Assembly: GCF_001194135.2 (NCBI RefSeq)
Contig: NC_068991.1
Span: 79,932,999-79,968,890, forward strand
Origin: Octopus bimaculoides
Lineage: Eukaryota
Direction: 5' to 3'
Length of the DNA: 35,892 nt
Shown here piece by piece: positions 1-12,851 of this stretch. The position numbers were made by a program, and so were the translations under genes. Under the pieces are notes generated by a model. That model had not been told where the DNA came from. It saw only the letters and a list, made by a program, of their open reading frames with translations, and did not search any database. Each line of letters opens with the position of its first letter. The first letter of the stretch is position 1.

Positions 1-25
1 TATATATATATATATATATATATAT

Positions 26-130
26 CTTCATAGACAAAAAGATATGAGGTGTAGATGGGTATCCTTAGGCAAGATAACGTATCTAGATAGATAGATAGAT
101 AGATAGATACATACATACATACATACACAC
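26..130. repeat. Local duplication, copy 1 (copy 2 at 2773-2890)
   Basis: An identical unique core, cttcatagacaaaaagatatgaggtgtagatgggtatccttaggcaagataacgtatct, is followed by (AGAT)6 and (ACAT)n in both copies. Confidence 0.9.
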
Positions 131-810
131 ATACATACATAGATGCAGGTAGATGGATAGATAGATATACAGAGAGGTAGATAGAGAGGTAGACAGACAG
201 GTAGACAGACAGGTAGGTAGTCTGTTAGGTAGGTAGACAGAATTGAAGTTCGGGCTACAACATACATATAGAGATGAGAAATTATATTGTGTTAGATAAT
301 ACCGCTAACTAGATTGCTGGCCTGAAAGACGGAGCGATACGGACATAGGTATATAGAGAAGCGTATACCTGGCACTGTCTGTTTGTTTAATGTATGCATA
401 CATATCTATAATTACATATAATATATATCTGTGTGTTTGTGTGTGACTGCGTGTGCGGCGAGTGTGTGGCGGGTGTGCGTGTGTGTATAATGTATATATA
501 GACACATATATGTATACACATGTATGTGTTTACAGACTTTTGACATCTAGGTTTCCTTTCATTCATTTGAAGAAAATCGTTATAAAAACTAACGTAACAG
601 AATTTTTTTTCAATTTCAGAATTTTATTTCCATGTGGTGTTGAGTTCTGCGTTTTGTTGATGTATCTTTTTACGTTGGTTTCTGTTCATTTGTCGGCCTC
701 TGCAAAATGTTTATGAGCACATGCACTTATTTTTATTGTATATTCATACAAAATTTCACATATATTCTGCACGAATAACGATACGCACGACCTGACACAC
801 AGACGAATAC

Positions 811-855
<45 letters not shown>

Positions 856-868
856 TGTNNNNNNNNNN

Positions 869-908
<40 letters not shown>

Positions 909-1211
909 TATCATATATGTATGTATACACATACATATACATACTCATATATGTGAGCGTCGCTGTGTGTGTCTGTATGTGCGTGCTGGGTGTGTGTGTA
1001 CGTGTAGCTATATATATGCTTGCCAATGTGTGAATCTCTAAAAAGTGTCTATAATAGAGAACTAAAATGTAATTTATCAAGAGGTGAATTCTTTTTCTTT
1101 TAAATGCATTTCTTAGTGATTGGTGAAGTTTCATAGAAATTGTAATTCCAGTGAGGAACAAATTGTAGATATTGATCGACGAAAATTAAATCTACTCCTA
1201 CACTGTTTTAC

Positions 1212-1253
1212 CAGCATCGCGTTTCAGCTGCCGTGTAATTGATTTAGCAAAAG
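1212..1253 (-). other. Candidate 42-nt symmetric (phase 1-1) microexon, (A)FAKSITRQLKRDA; no gene assignment
   Basis: The acceptor context is ctcactgatgatgttttgccctttcag and the donor is G|gtaaaa. The frame is open and the length is a multiple of 3. No protein similarity was recognised, and alternative readings exist (see findings). Confidence 0.2.
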
Positions 1254-1366
1254 CTGAAAGGGCAAAACATCATCAGTGAGTAAATACATATATATGCACA
1301 CAGACACACATTTATACATATATATATATATATATGTACCTATACATACAAGTATACATATATATG

Positions 1367-1400
<34 letters not shown>

Positions 1401-1473
1401 TATATATATGTGTGTGTGTGTATGTGTGTGTGTGTGTGTGTTTGTGTGTATAACGATACATATATATTAAGTG

Positions 1474-1511
<38 letters not shown>

Positions 1512-1512
1512 T

Positions 1513-2116
1513 NNNNNNNNNNNNNNNNNNNNNNNNNNNNNNNNNNNNNNNNNNNNNNNNNNNNNNNNNNNNNNNNNNNNNNNNNNNNNNNNNNNNNNNN
1601 NNNNNNNNNNNNNNNNNNNNNNNNNNNNNNNNNNNNNNNNNNNNNNNNNNNNNNNNNNNNNNNNNNNNNNNNNNNNNNNNNNNNNNNNNNNNNNNNNNNN
1701 NNNNNNNNNNNNNNNNNNNNNNNNNNNNNNNNNNNNNNNNNNNNNNNNNNNNNNNNNNNNNNNNNNNNNNNNNNNNNNNNNNNNNNNNNNNNNNNNNNNN
1801 NNNNNNNNNNNNNNNNNNNNNNNNNNNNNNNNNNNNNNNNNNNNNNNNNNNNNNNNNNNNNNNNNNNNNNNNNNNNNNNNNNNNNNNNNNNNNNNNNNNN
1901 NNNNNNNNNNNNNNNNNNNNNNNNNNNNNNNNNNNNNNNNNNNNNNNNNNNNNNNNNNNNNNNNNNNNNNNNNNNNNNNNNNNNNNNNNNNNNNNNNNNN
2001 NNNNNNNNNNNNNNNNNNNNNNNNNNNNNNNNNNNNNNNNNNNNNNNNNNNNNNNNNNNNNNNNNNNNNNNNNNNNNNNNNNNNNNNNNNNNNNNNNNNN
2101 NNNNNNNNNNNNNNNN
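1513..2116. other. Assembly gap. Other gaps: 859-868, 2929-3551, 3927-3936, 4520-5132, 14580-15498, 23268-23277, 32065-32083, 32421-32433, 35238-35282
   Basis: Runs of N, all flanked by simple repeats. Confidence 1.
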
Positions 2117-2672
2117 ATATATATATATATATATACACGTGTTTGAGTGTGTTGATGAGCATATAATACATGTGTATATGTACACAAATGTGTAGTCTTA
2201 ATTTTTGACGCCTTGGATGTCTGCAATGTTTTTGTCTACCTTTAAAGAAGAATGACTTAGAGAAACATTTGCAGCCGATAGATTTTTAAATCTTGAAAAT
2301 GTAAGATGTCTGTGATTTTATGTTTCATTTTTGTTTTTAGACATTGGCAAACTTTAACATTGCCTACCTTTTCTATCGATCCGACAGAAAATGTAGCCAT
2401 ATCTCCCTGAAATCAATCATTAGCATCTAAAAATGGGGAGATTATATTCAAGATATGACACTCTATAAGTACAGTCAACTAAAACGAGATGATGGCCACG
2501 AATGGGACAAGTCTCACTCAGGCAAGACATCAACTGAATTCCACATACCCACATGCATACATGTACACATGTACACTCACATATGTGTGTGTGTGTTTGT
2601 GGGTTTGAGTGTCTACATATATATGCATACACATACATACATACATATATACATACATACATACACGCATAC

Positions 2673-2890
<218 letters not shown>

Positions 2891-3552
2891 TAATACATAC
2901 ATACATACATACATACATACATAAGATCNNNNNNNNNNNNNNNNNNNNNNNNNNNNNNNNNNNNNNNNNNNNNNNNNNNNNNNNNNNNNNNNNNNNNNNN
3001 NNNNNNNNNNNNNNNNNNNNNNNNNNNNNNNNNNNNNNNNNNNNNNNNNNNNNNNNNNNNNNNNNNNNNNNNNNNNNNNNNNNNNNNNNNNNNNNNNNNN
3101 NNNNNNNNNNNNNNNNNNNNNNNNNNNNNNNNNNNNNNNNNNNNNNNNNNNNNNNNNNNNNNNNNNNNNNNNNNNNNNNNNNNNNNNNNNNNNNNNNNNN
3201 NNNNNNNNNNNNNNNNNNNNNNNNNNNNNNNNNNNNNNNNNNNNNNNNNNNNNNNNNNNNNNNNNNNNNNNNNNNNNNNNNNNNNNNNNNNNNNNNNNNN
3301 NNNNNNNNNNNNNNNNNNNNNNNNNNNNNNNNNNNNNNNNNNNNNNNNNNNNNNNNNNNNNNNNNNNNNNNNNNNNNNNNNNNNNNNNNNNNNNNNNNNN
3401 NNNNNNNNNNNNNNNNNNNNNNNNNNNNNNNNNNNNNNNNNNNNNNNNNNNNNNNNNNNNNNNNNNNNNNNNNNNNNNNNNNNNNNNNNNNNNNNNNNNN
3501 NNNNNNNNNNNNNNNNNNNNNNNNNNNNNNNNNNNNNNNNNNNNNNNNNNNN

Positions 3553-3598
<46 letters not shown>

Positions 3599-4485
3599 TG
3601 TGTGTGGGTGTGTGTCTGTGTATGTTCGCGCGAGTCTGTATATTTGTCTGTGTGTATAGATATATGCATATAAATTTACATACATACACATCTACATATA
3701 TGTATGTGTACATATACATTTATTCGTATATACATGTACACACATATATATATATATATATATACATATATATACACATATATATCTATGATATATATAA
3801 GTATATACAGATAGATAGGTAGATAGATAGATAAATAGAAAGACAGATATATGTATATGTATGTGTATATACATACATAGACAGGTATATCTTTATGTAT
3901 GTGTGTATATATATATATATATATATNNNNNNNNNNATATATATATATATATACAGACGTATGCATATATGTGGGAAGTAAATCTTTCACTTCACTATAT
4001 TTACATTTGTTCACTATTGTTTTTCGTGTGATGTATTATTCTATTGCCTTTTTTTTTCTATATTTTTGGCTAGATTTTAAGTGTCGCAAGGTGATATTTC
4101 GCTTTAGCGATAAAATGAAAGTTTGTACGCCTGTGTGAATGCGTCGTGTCTTTCCATGTATCTGTCCGTGTTACATTACGTAACATAGGTGCGCGCGTAT
4201 GTGTGTGTCTGTGTGTATGTTTGTGTGTGTTTGAGCGAGCATTAATGCATGTTTGTTTGCTTGTAGTAAATGTGACAACAACATATTATGTTTTCACGAG
4301 CAGGTATTTAAATTTATAAGCACCTCTTTGTTTTAGAAATCATGACTTTATTTTTATAGAGAAATATTAATGATATATTTTGTCTTAAGTAATAAATATA
4401 TTAACAATTTTTGGAATAAAAACAAAACGTGCGAATGTACAAATGGAATTTTTATGTATGCATCATATATATGCATGAATATACG

Positions 4486-4519
<34 letters not shown>

Positions 4520-5132
4520 NNNNNNNNNNNNNNNNNNNNNNNNNNNNNNNNNNNNNNNNNNNNNNNNNNNNNNNNNNNNNNNNNNNNNNNNNNNNNNNNN
4601 NNNNNNNNNNNNNNNNNNNNNNNNNNNNNNNNNNNNNNNNNNNNNNNNNNNNNNNNNNNNNNNNNNNNNNNNNNNNNNNNNNNNNNNNNNNNNNNNNNNN
4701 NNNNNNNNNNNNNNNNNNNNNNNNNNNNNNNNNNNNNNNNNNNNNNNNNNNNNNNNNNNNNNNNNNNNNNNNNNNNNNNNNNNNNNNNNNNNNNNNNNNN
4801 NNNNNNNNNNNNNNNNNNNNNNNNNNNNNNNNNNNNNNNNNNNNNNNNNNNNNNNNNNNNNNNNNNNNNNNNNNNNNNNNNNNNNNNNNNNNNNNNNNNN
4901 NNNNNNNNNNNNNNNNNNNNNNNNNNNNNNNNNNNNNNNNNNNNNNNNNNNNNNNNNNNNNNNNNNNNNNNNNNNNNNNNNNNNNNNNNNNNNNNNNNNN
5001 NNNNNNNNNNNNNNNNNNNNNNNNNNNNNNNNNNNNNNNNNNNNNNNNNNNNNNNNNNNNNNNNNNNNNNNNNNNNNNNNNNNNNNNNNNNNNNNNNNNN
5101 NNNNNNNNNNNNNNNNNNNNNNNNNNNNNNNN

Positions 5133-5165
<33 letters not shown>

Positions 5166-5815
5166 ATGCGCGCGCACGCACACACACACGTATGTCTTTT
5201 CTGTGTATAAAGTATATATTTAGAATATATATAGAAGGTTTTGCGCTCTCAGTGAAAAAAGGAAAGAAATAAACGGATATTTGTGTGATTTTCTGCTCCA
5301 GTATTTTCTGCTATGGTAATTAAGTATTTATATACCTAGAGACGTATACGCATGTGCACGCACGCATATCGATCTATGCATTTATAGAAAGAGAGCATAC
5401 ATGCGTATTTGTGTACGCGCTTCTATATATATGTGTGTGTTTGTGTGTGTATCTATTATATATCTATATATATATATATATATATCCATGTTAATATATA
5501 TACATAGTTTCCCAAGTGCATATCTCTGGCAGTATAGATGTCATTGTGTATGGAATGTGTTGAAGTCGAAAGCTTTTGATGAGTAAATATACGTTATGTA
5601 TATATAAGGTTTTTAAACGTTTATATGTGTGTGTTTGTGTGTTTGAGTGAGAGAGAGTCTGTGTGTGTAAATATGTGTGATGTGTGAGTTTTATTATTTG
5701 TTTAAAGCATTATGAATTTTGAATGTGTTCATCTTGCAATCTAAAATTATCTGCACACATATGCACAGTGCACACATACACACATACGCACATGTAAATA
5801 TACACATATACATGC

Positions 5816-5869
<54 letters not shown>

Positions 5870-6419
5870 TATATATACATACATATATAATATATACATA
5901 TATACATATATATGCATACATACATATATATACATACATATACATATGTGTGTGTATATATATATATATATATATACATATACATGAAACGGATTTTTTG
6001 CTGTATTCATGTACATGAATTTGTCTGGTTTGCCTTATATTCATATATATGTATTTTTAGTGAACTCGTAAGTTTTAAAGCTGCTGCGATAAAGTACTAT
6101 TACATATATATATATATATATATATAGTGTTATTTGATCGTTTCTTTTTCGATCCAATATGATATGTTTTCGTTGGAACTCACAGCTATAACTACATATA
6201 ACCAACATTAAACTACATTAAACTTAAATATATTGGAGTAAATTTACCAGAAACGAACCGACAACTTTCATAGTAAGATGAAATGAAATGCTGCAACGTT
6301 ATAACTTTCCAACCATCATAAAAATCCATATGTATTGTAGTCATTATTTTTGCTCTTTTTCTAACAATTATGATTTTTCTGCAAAGATTTCAAAGAGAAG
6401 GCAGAGAAACTGTGACTCT

Positions 6420-7150
6420 ACTTTGATTTTCGCACATAAGCTCGTACTTCGTCGATTACGACGATGAACATTCTAATTGATCCGATCGACGGAACAGGCT
6501 GCTCATGAAATTAACGTGTAGGTAACTGAGCACCCGACAGACTCGCGAAGTCTTAACGTACTTCTCTGGCAGATTCCGGAATGACACAGAACCTGACAAG
6601 GATTTGAAATACAACTAATTTTTGCGAGCTGCACGGACTGCAGCAACGGAAAGTGAAATAAGCATCGAAAACCACGTGTAAGAAAATAAACCTTCAGCTA
6701 TGCTCAACTATTGTTATGCCAACAGCCATCCATACCTGTGAGCATGGAAGAATACAGCGAAGATCTCTCGGTTGCTGGATGTGTTCCTTCGATACTCCCT
6801 AACTTCAATCCTGGGCATCTCTTACCAAGACAGAGTAAGAAATAAAGAAGAGACGAGAAGAGCAAGCGCCGGAAGTTTGCAGGATATGGTGACACATCCA
6901 CCTATACTCTTTACTGGCCATGTGCTTCGATTACTGCAGGAAAAACCTATTACCATGGTGATGGAATGGACGCCAGGAGAGGGAAAGAAAACGAGTGGAA
7001 AAACAAGGAAGATGTGGTGCGGTAAGTCTCGGGACGACGTGATAGCGTTTGAGAGTTTGAGAGCCAGGAGGAAGGTGATCGTTCGGAATGCCTGGAGAAA
7101 GCACGTTGTCCTTTGTGCTGACAGTACTGGAGGATCTGAGAGCTAAGAGA
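6420..7150 (+). mobile_element. Degenerate RTE-like non-LTR retrotransposon (LINE), 5'-truncated; end of RT domain plus C-terminal region
   Basis: A decayed YADD motif (gattacgacgatgaacatt) lies at 6454-6472. Frameshifted segments follow, reading EVLTYFSG..DKDLK, STIVMPTAIHTCE/WKNTAKISRLLDVF and SILGISYQDRVRN..GHVLRL..MEWTPGEGKK.SGKTRKMW..WRKHVVLC (ORF 6772-7146). These match the RTE-clade C-terminal pattern ILGISWxDRVxN..GHVLR..WxPxGKRxxGRPxxxW as recalled. Confidence 0.85.
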
Positions 7151-7335
7151 TGTGTATGTATGCACTCGTCGTGGCAAAAACAAACGTAAGTGAATAAAAC
7201 GAATGAAAATGTAGTTCAGCATAAATTGCATACGTTAAATTCATGCTAAGACTTTTTCACGCTGCTTGGAGTTTCAGGACGCAAATCCTCTGAGTCTAAA
7301 ATAGCGTTTCTTACTGGGTCATACGAAGGAACAAA

Positions 7336-7432
<97 letters not shown>
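7336..7432. repeat. (GT)n microsatellite
   Basis: Near-perfect GT run seen directly. Confidence 0.98.
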
Positions 7433-7434
<2 letters not shown>

Positions 7435-8309
7435 ATGTTCAAAAGAAGTCTTATTTCAAACTTTGTTGCGAGTTTCTCCCTCTTTACGTACATCCTGTTC
7501 TTGTCGGGCATGCACTCCCACCTTGAGAATCACTGGCCTACACTATGAGTTGCTAAAATGATGAAAAGAAAATAGTATGGCATTCAAGTGACATTAATAG
7601 GATGTTTTCATTAATCAATTGAAATGACTCATTGAAGTTGAGAAGCCAACGACAGCTGACGGTCATGCTTGTTGTTCTCAAAGCAAACGGATAACCTAGT
7701 GATCTCAGCAGAAATATTAAGCATATATTTTGACTCGTAGATCACCAAAGATAAAATGCTAAACGTGCTCGCAACGGATGAACGGATATGTTCAAATGAT
7801 ACGCATTTAATTTTATTCCAAATCATTTCAAATTTGTGGAAAAATAAATTTGCCTTTAATTAGTTTTAAATTTTTTTTCTAAAAAGGTCGATTAGTATTA
7901 GTTCGATAAATTGTTTATCTTGGCGTGTTCCGTTTCTTTGCATTCTGCATTGAAATTCTACCACGGTAGACTCTGCCCTCGTTCTAATTATAATCTTTAA
8001 AAGTAAGTATCAGATAATTAGTGTTATACCTTTATCTGACAATGCAAGGACCTATAGAAGTCTATATTGTTACTGTAAATATATATTACCACGACGCTAT
8101 TTAATGCAACGTGCCGAACCTATTTGCTTTAGTTTCGTTTAGGAATAATTGATTGGAATGATTTAATATTGTAAGTTATGTAATTAAGCAGTTATGTATT
8201 ATAAGTTATGTAATTGAGAAACTTTTGGTAATTATGTGTGGGCTAAATATATGCTATTTATAATCTGTGCATCCCCTTCCAGACTTCTGAGGTTGTTATA
8301 TTCGTCCTT

Positions 8310-8390
8310 GTTGTTGTTGCTATTTGTTTGTGCTATGTGTTTGTTGTTGTTGTTGTTGTTGTTGTTGCAGCTGTTGCTGTTGTTGTGGTT
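8310..8390. repeat. (GTT)n microsatellite
   Basis: Imperfect GTT run seen directly. Confidence 0.9.
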
Positions 8391-10776
8391 CTTGTTTAGC
8401 TGCAGGCTAGTGTTTATCAAGCAGATTTATGATGAAGAGCATTCTAGTTTTTAAGATACCACCTTTTCCTTCATGTAGGAGAAGATCCCAAGACAATATT
8501 ATCGAATGAATTTGTTTCTTAGACAATATAGAGTGAACCGAGAAATATTTGTTTGTTATTTCCAGCAACTGGAGTGACGATATAAAGCCTCTTTCGTTGC
8601 GTCATCTACAGAAGATTGTTATTTTCTCTCTGCGAGGAAGGTCTAAGGCTTCTGGTGTAGATGCAAAGGGTGTTTAGTTTATGCATCCTTACGGTCGCGA
8701 TGACTACAGGAAATGTTTATCCGAATTCATTTAGTATGGTATTTAATATAAAAAGCAAGGACATACTATATAATGGAGTATAGATCCCTTTGATTGCGGA
8801 TTTCTCTCCATCAGAGTTGACCTTGTGCTAAAAATAACAACGTAAAGGACAATGAATTCCGGAAGACTAAGCTAAAGAGTTTATGATACAGTTCTACGCT
8901 GCTTATCAGAACAGAATAGTTAAAGGACGACAAAGTAGATTGTTCAGAGCAAATAACTTTGGAGTTAATATAGAAGAGGTAGATAGAGTGAATAAGGAAA
9001 TACTTGTCTGACCTTGTGCTAAACAAATGTAACATCGCAATGGGTAAAGAATCCCGGGTGAATGCAGGAAATTTTTGAAAAAGATTGTAGACAAAGCCGA
9101 GGTGAAAGCGAAATAATTATTCGAATTGTTGCTTCTGTATCAGCCAAACTGTCTTTCACTGTTTATATGTTTAATGCTCAAAAATGTGTGAGTGTACAGA
9201 AAGTGAATCACCAATGATATGTAATTAGTACTCATCAAATATAAATATATGCACGTCTGTGTGTGTGTCTGTATGTGTGTGTCTGTGTCTGTCTGTCTGT
9301 CTGTCTATCTGTGTATGTATATAATAAGTTCACTAACTAGATTGCGCCTCGTAAGGAGTTTACTGCTGATCAAACTAAAGAATATCGTGTAATCCTGAAG
9401 AGGTATCTTTCTGTTTGGGATGAAATTTTGGCAAACCTTTAAATATGTTGTCACCATAAACGATTATCATGTATTGGGTGGCCTAACATGAGAAATTTAA
9501 TTTTCAGATGGAGACGTTGAGGTAGAAGAAAGTTTTATTCGTACGTGTACTGAGTGAAGCGTTGTTGCTGTTGGAAGAGACTAGATATCCCTATTTATGG
9601 GTGTTTGTTCTTATGTCGACGGCGTTGCTATGCGGATGAATTATAGATGAAAAATAGCATCATCTGAAAAGAGATTGTGTGTCTGTGTTTGTGTATGTGT
9701 AAGTAAATGTGTCTGAAGTTGGTTGTGACAGGGAGTACGAGTAAATTATTAATATAACTGACAGAATACAGTAAAAAAATTGTTTTGGGCGATATGGTAA
9801 TAATCGGATTTGACAGAACATACGATAAGATGTGAGGAATGGCGTTGTGTTACATTTTTGTCCCATGAGATTTCCGATACATTTTGATAATCTTCAGTAA
9901 TGTGTTTTCTGTCAATACTACACACATTTTACAGCCACACGAGACTCCAGAACAGGAATCTCAACGAGCTTCAGCTTCGAAACCAAATCTATAAACTCTT
10001 CTGCTTCTATTTGAATATAGTTATTAACTAGTTTGGAAAAACAAATGATAATCCAATTATGTAAGTATACATTGAAAATATATTTTGTAGTCTTAATATA
10101 AAGATACACATACACATAAATAATCATTACCAGATGCAGTCAAGAAATCTATAACGGAATGAATTTTGCTCTTAGTTCCATATTCACAAATATCTTTATC
10201 TAATTTTTCTTCAGACGTAATAGCTGGAAGCTTGATTACGTATTTAGAAACACACTAATACTTATTGAATTCAATAGTGTCAAAGTTTTTTTTATATCAA
10301 TTGCACATTATTGTATAACACCTATGTTTAAAATATTTTATATAATGTTCACAAATCATCTGAAAATAGAAATATACGCAGTAAACCTGTATATAGTAAA
10401 TATATGCAGAAACCTGTATACCACAAGCAGTGTGCTAGGCAAACCACACCGTCTGGTCTAATGACGCAATCTGGCACAAGAGTACCTTTGAAAACATTCA
10501 CTCTGTTGCATGTAATAGAACCAGACCTTCGGTTCGGTTGTTCCGTGCGATGGTACTTTATCAGCATCAGTCATACCGGTCTCAGAGGCTTTCCACTTAG
10601 TTATCTACCCAGCCTATCCCGCCAAACTCAACAAGTAAATACATACACGCTTATATATACCAGTATACATTCACACAAACACGCACGCACGCACACACAC
10701 ACACGCACGCACTCATATACATACATAAATATATCAATCGACCCGTTACCCCTCCATACATAATACATACATACAT

Positions 10777-10809
<33 letters not shown>

Positions 10810-11734
10810 TAGACAGACATCCGTGTATGCATAAAAACAGATATTACAACCAGCACATTACATCTAGTTATTCGAATTCCTTGATCACGATCAGCAGGCT
10901 GGATCCAAATGTACACTTCGTGTCGCGGCTGTTTTGTTTACGTTCACGTAACTTAGAGGTTCAACAAAGGTATAAAGTGTTTCATTGTTAGTTACGTTCC
11001 ATCATAAAATACTGGTAAGTTTAAATGAGGAAATGTATTACATAATTACTTTAAAATTGCAATTATTAAATTGTAGGCCCAGTATTACGTTGAAATGTTC
11101 CCATAGATATATAAAAAGCATTTAAATACTTCGATATTAAATAATACCTTAATTATAATTGCTTTCCTATAATCTAATAATCATAATTTTTCTAAAGTTT
11201 TTAGCATATACAAATAGCTAGATAACTACGTATCATTTTGTAAAATTTCCATGTTTGTGTTTTCTTTCATTATCTACAGACGTCATCATAGACTTACATA
11301 ATAAACCGGCTTTTCTTTGAATATTATATTTCTTATGAACGTTCTTTTTGTATGCTTTCATGTATTATAGATATTATTTTAGCTCGCTTTAAATTTTACC
11401 TGTTTAATGTAACCTTGATTTGACTGGTATATTGTAATTTATTTTTTATATCTAAATATATTGACACAATAGAAACGATCGTAAAAAAATGTATGGTGTA
11501 ATCATCAATTAAACCTGTGATTCTCTCCATTCTTGTTCGTGTTGTTATATACTCCAGATTTCGTGAAATTCTACTAAGCCTTCGATATTAATTCTATTTG
11601 ATATTATCGGAATATTATTGTTTGATGTAGTTAACTAAGTTTCCTTAACATTGGGTGCTTTTTAGATATCTGCCTGGATTCATTAACATGTAATAATTGC
11701 AGTAGAAAAAAAGATGGATTTCATATAAGAACTT

Positions 11735-11975
11735 CTGTTTGCTCTTCAAGTTGCAATCCAGCAACTTTTAGTGTTTGACCTTGACTTTTATTAATGCTCA
11801 TGGTGAAAGACAGTGGGATAGGAAACTGTAAGCGCTTAAATTTGAATGTGACATTAGATGATATAACTGGTATGCGAGGAACGAAGGCGGTGTTACGCTT
11901 GCCACAGTCAATGAGAATATTTGCATCAGTGCAGTTCACCATAGGTTTGTGCACAATTAGAGTTGGCTATCTTGA
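11735..11975 (-). mobile_element. Helitron RepHel (PIF1-family helicase) C-terminal fragment, degenerate
   Basis: ORF 11721-11954 (-) contains AFVPRIPVISSNVTFKFKRLQFPIPLSFTMSINKSQGQTLKVAGLQLEE. This is the hallmark Helitron/PIF1 stretch (FxPRIP..F.FKRLQFP..L.FAMTINKSQGQTL). It stops before the expected FSHGQLYV motif, and no Rep domain or termini are visible. Confidence 0.9.
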
Positions 11976-12851
11976 ACCATGTACTTTACTTTATGGGACA
12001 AATAGACACACAAACGGACAGAATCTCTCTTTAATATATATATATATACACATATATGCTTTGCATCTATCTGTCTATTTACATATTGAGATATCTATGG
12101 TAATCAAATGCGTGAATTTAGAGAATCCAAAACTTTACATATGTTTAAATGATTACAAAAACAAATAAATAAATAAATGAATGAATGAAATACAGAACAA
12201 AAAATAATTGAAACCATTCGAGATTCAAATGTCCGCCAGAAAATAAAGCTACATGAAATAATCATGACAAATGCTTAGCAACAAACATCTTGGTTTACAG
12301 TATTAAGAATGGATAAAAATATTGAATCACCATCCAACCCGTATGGAATCGTAAAAACCGAGACAATTATTACTGCGGTGTAGGGAAGGGATTTACGTTG
12401 ATTTATTTTTAACTTTCTTTTCCGATATTATTGTCTATTTGCAGTCTTTATAATATTTTGGCATAAATCTCTGCTAGAGTTTGTGAATGAAAAAATAATA
12501 ATATTAATATCGGAATCGCCTTGTGACAAATATCCTGAAACTAGATAAACACTTTTTGAAATCGATGAAATACGATTCTAAAGAGTGAAGTAAAAATGTC
12601 TGTGTGGTTATTCAACCAATATTTTATTGCCATTTTGTTCCGATTTTCACTTGAACTTTTTATAAGCTTTTTCTAAGAATTTTGCCTGGAGGACTATTAA
12701 GGAACATGATGCAGATAAGAAGGAAGTTACGGTCCATTCAGTTATTCATTTCTTGTTAATGCTATTGCTATATAGTTATCGCGAGTGTGTTGGTTGACAG
12801 AATTTGAAGAGAGACAGGCAAGTTGTCATGCAATATTTCGATATTACTTCA

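Noticed and set aside
1204-1281. SECIS, pre-miRNA, C/D or H/ACA snoRNA readings of the hairpin
   Set aside because: There is no AUGA/GA quartet with a correctly spaced AAR loop. The large asymmetric internal loop is incompatible with a pre-miRNA. C-to-D spacing is short, and there is no two-sided pseudouridylation pocket.
9472-9650. Possible mariner-like terminal remnant (tattgggtggcc...)
   Set aside because: No matching inverted repeat or transposase motif was found.
9918-10040. Helix-like frame VNNYIQIEAEEFIDLVSKLKLVEIPVLESRVAVKCV (-) after an acceptor-like site
   Set aside because: No recognisable family or partner exons; cannot be separated from chance.
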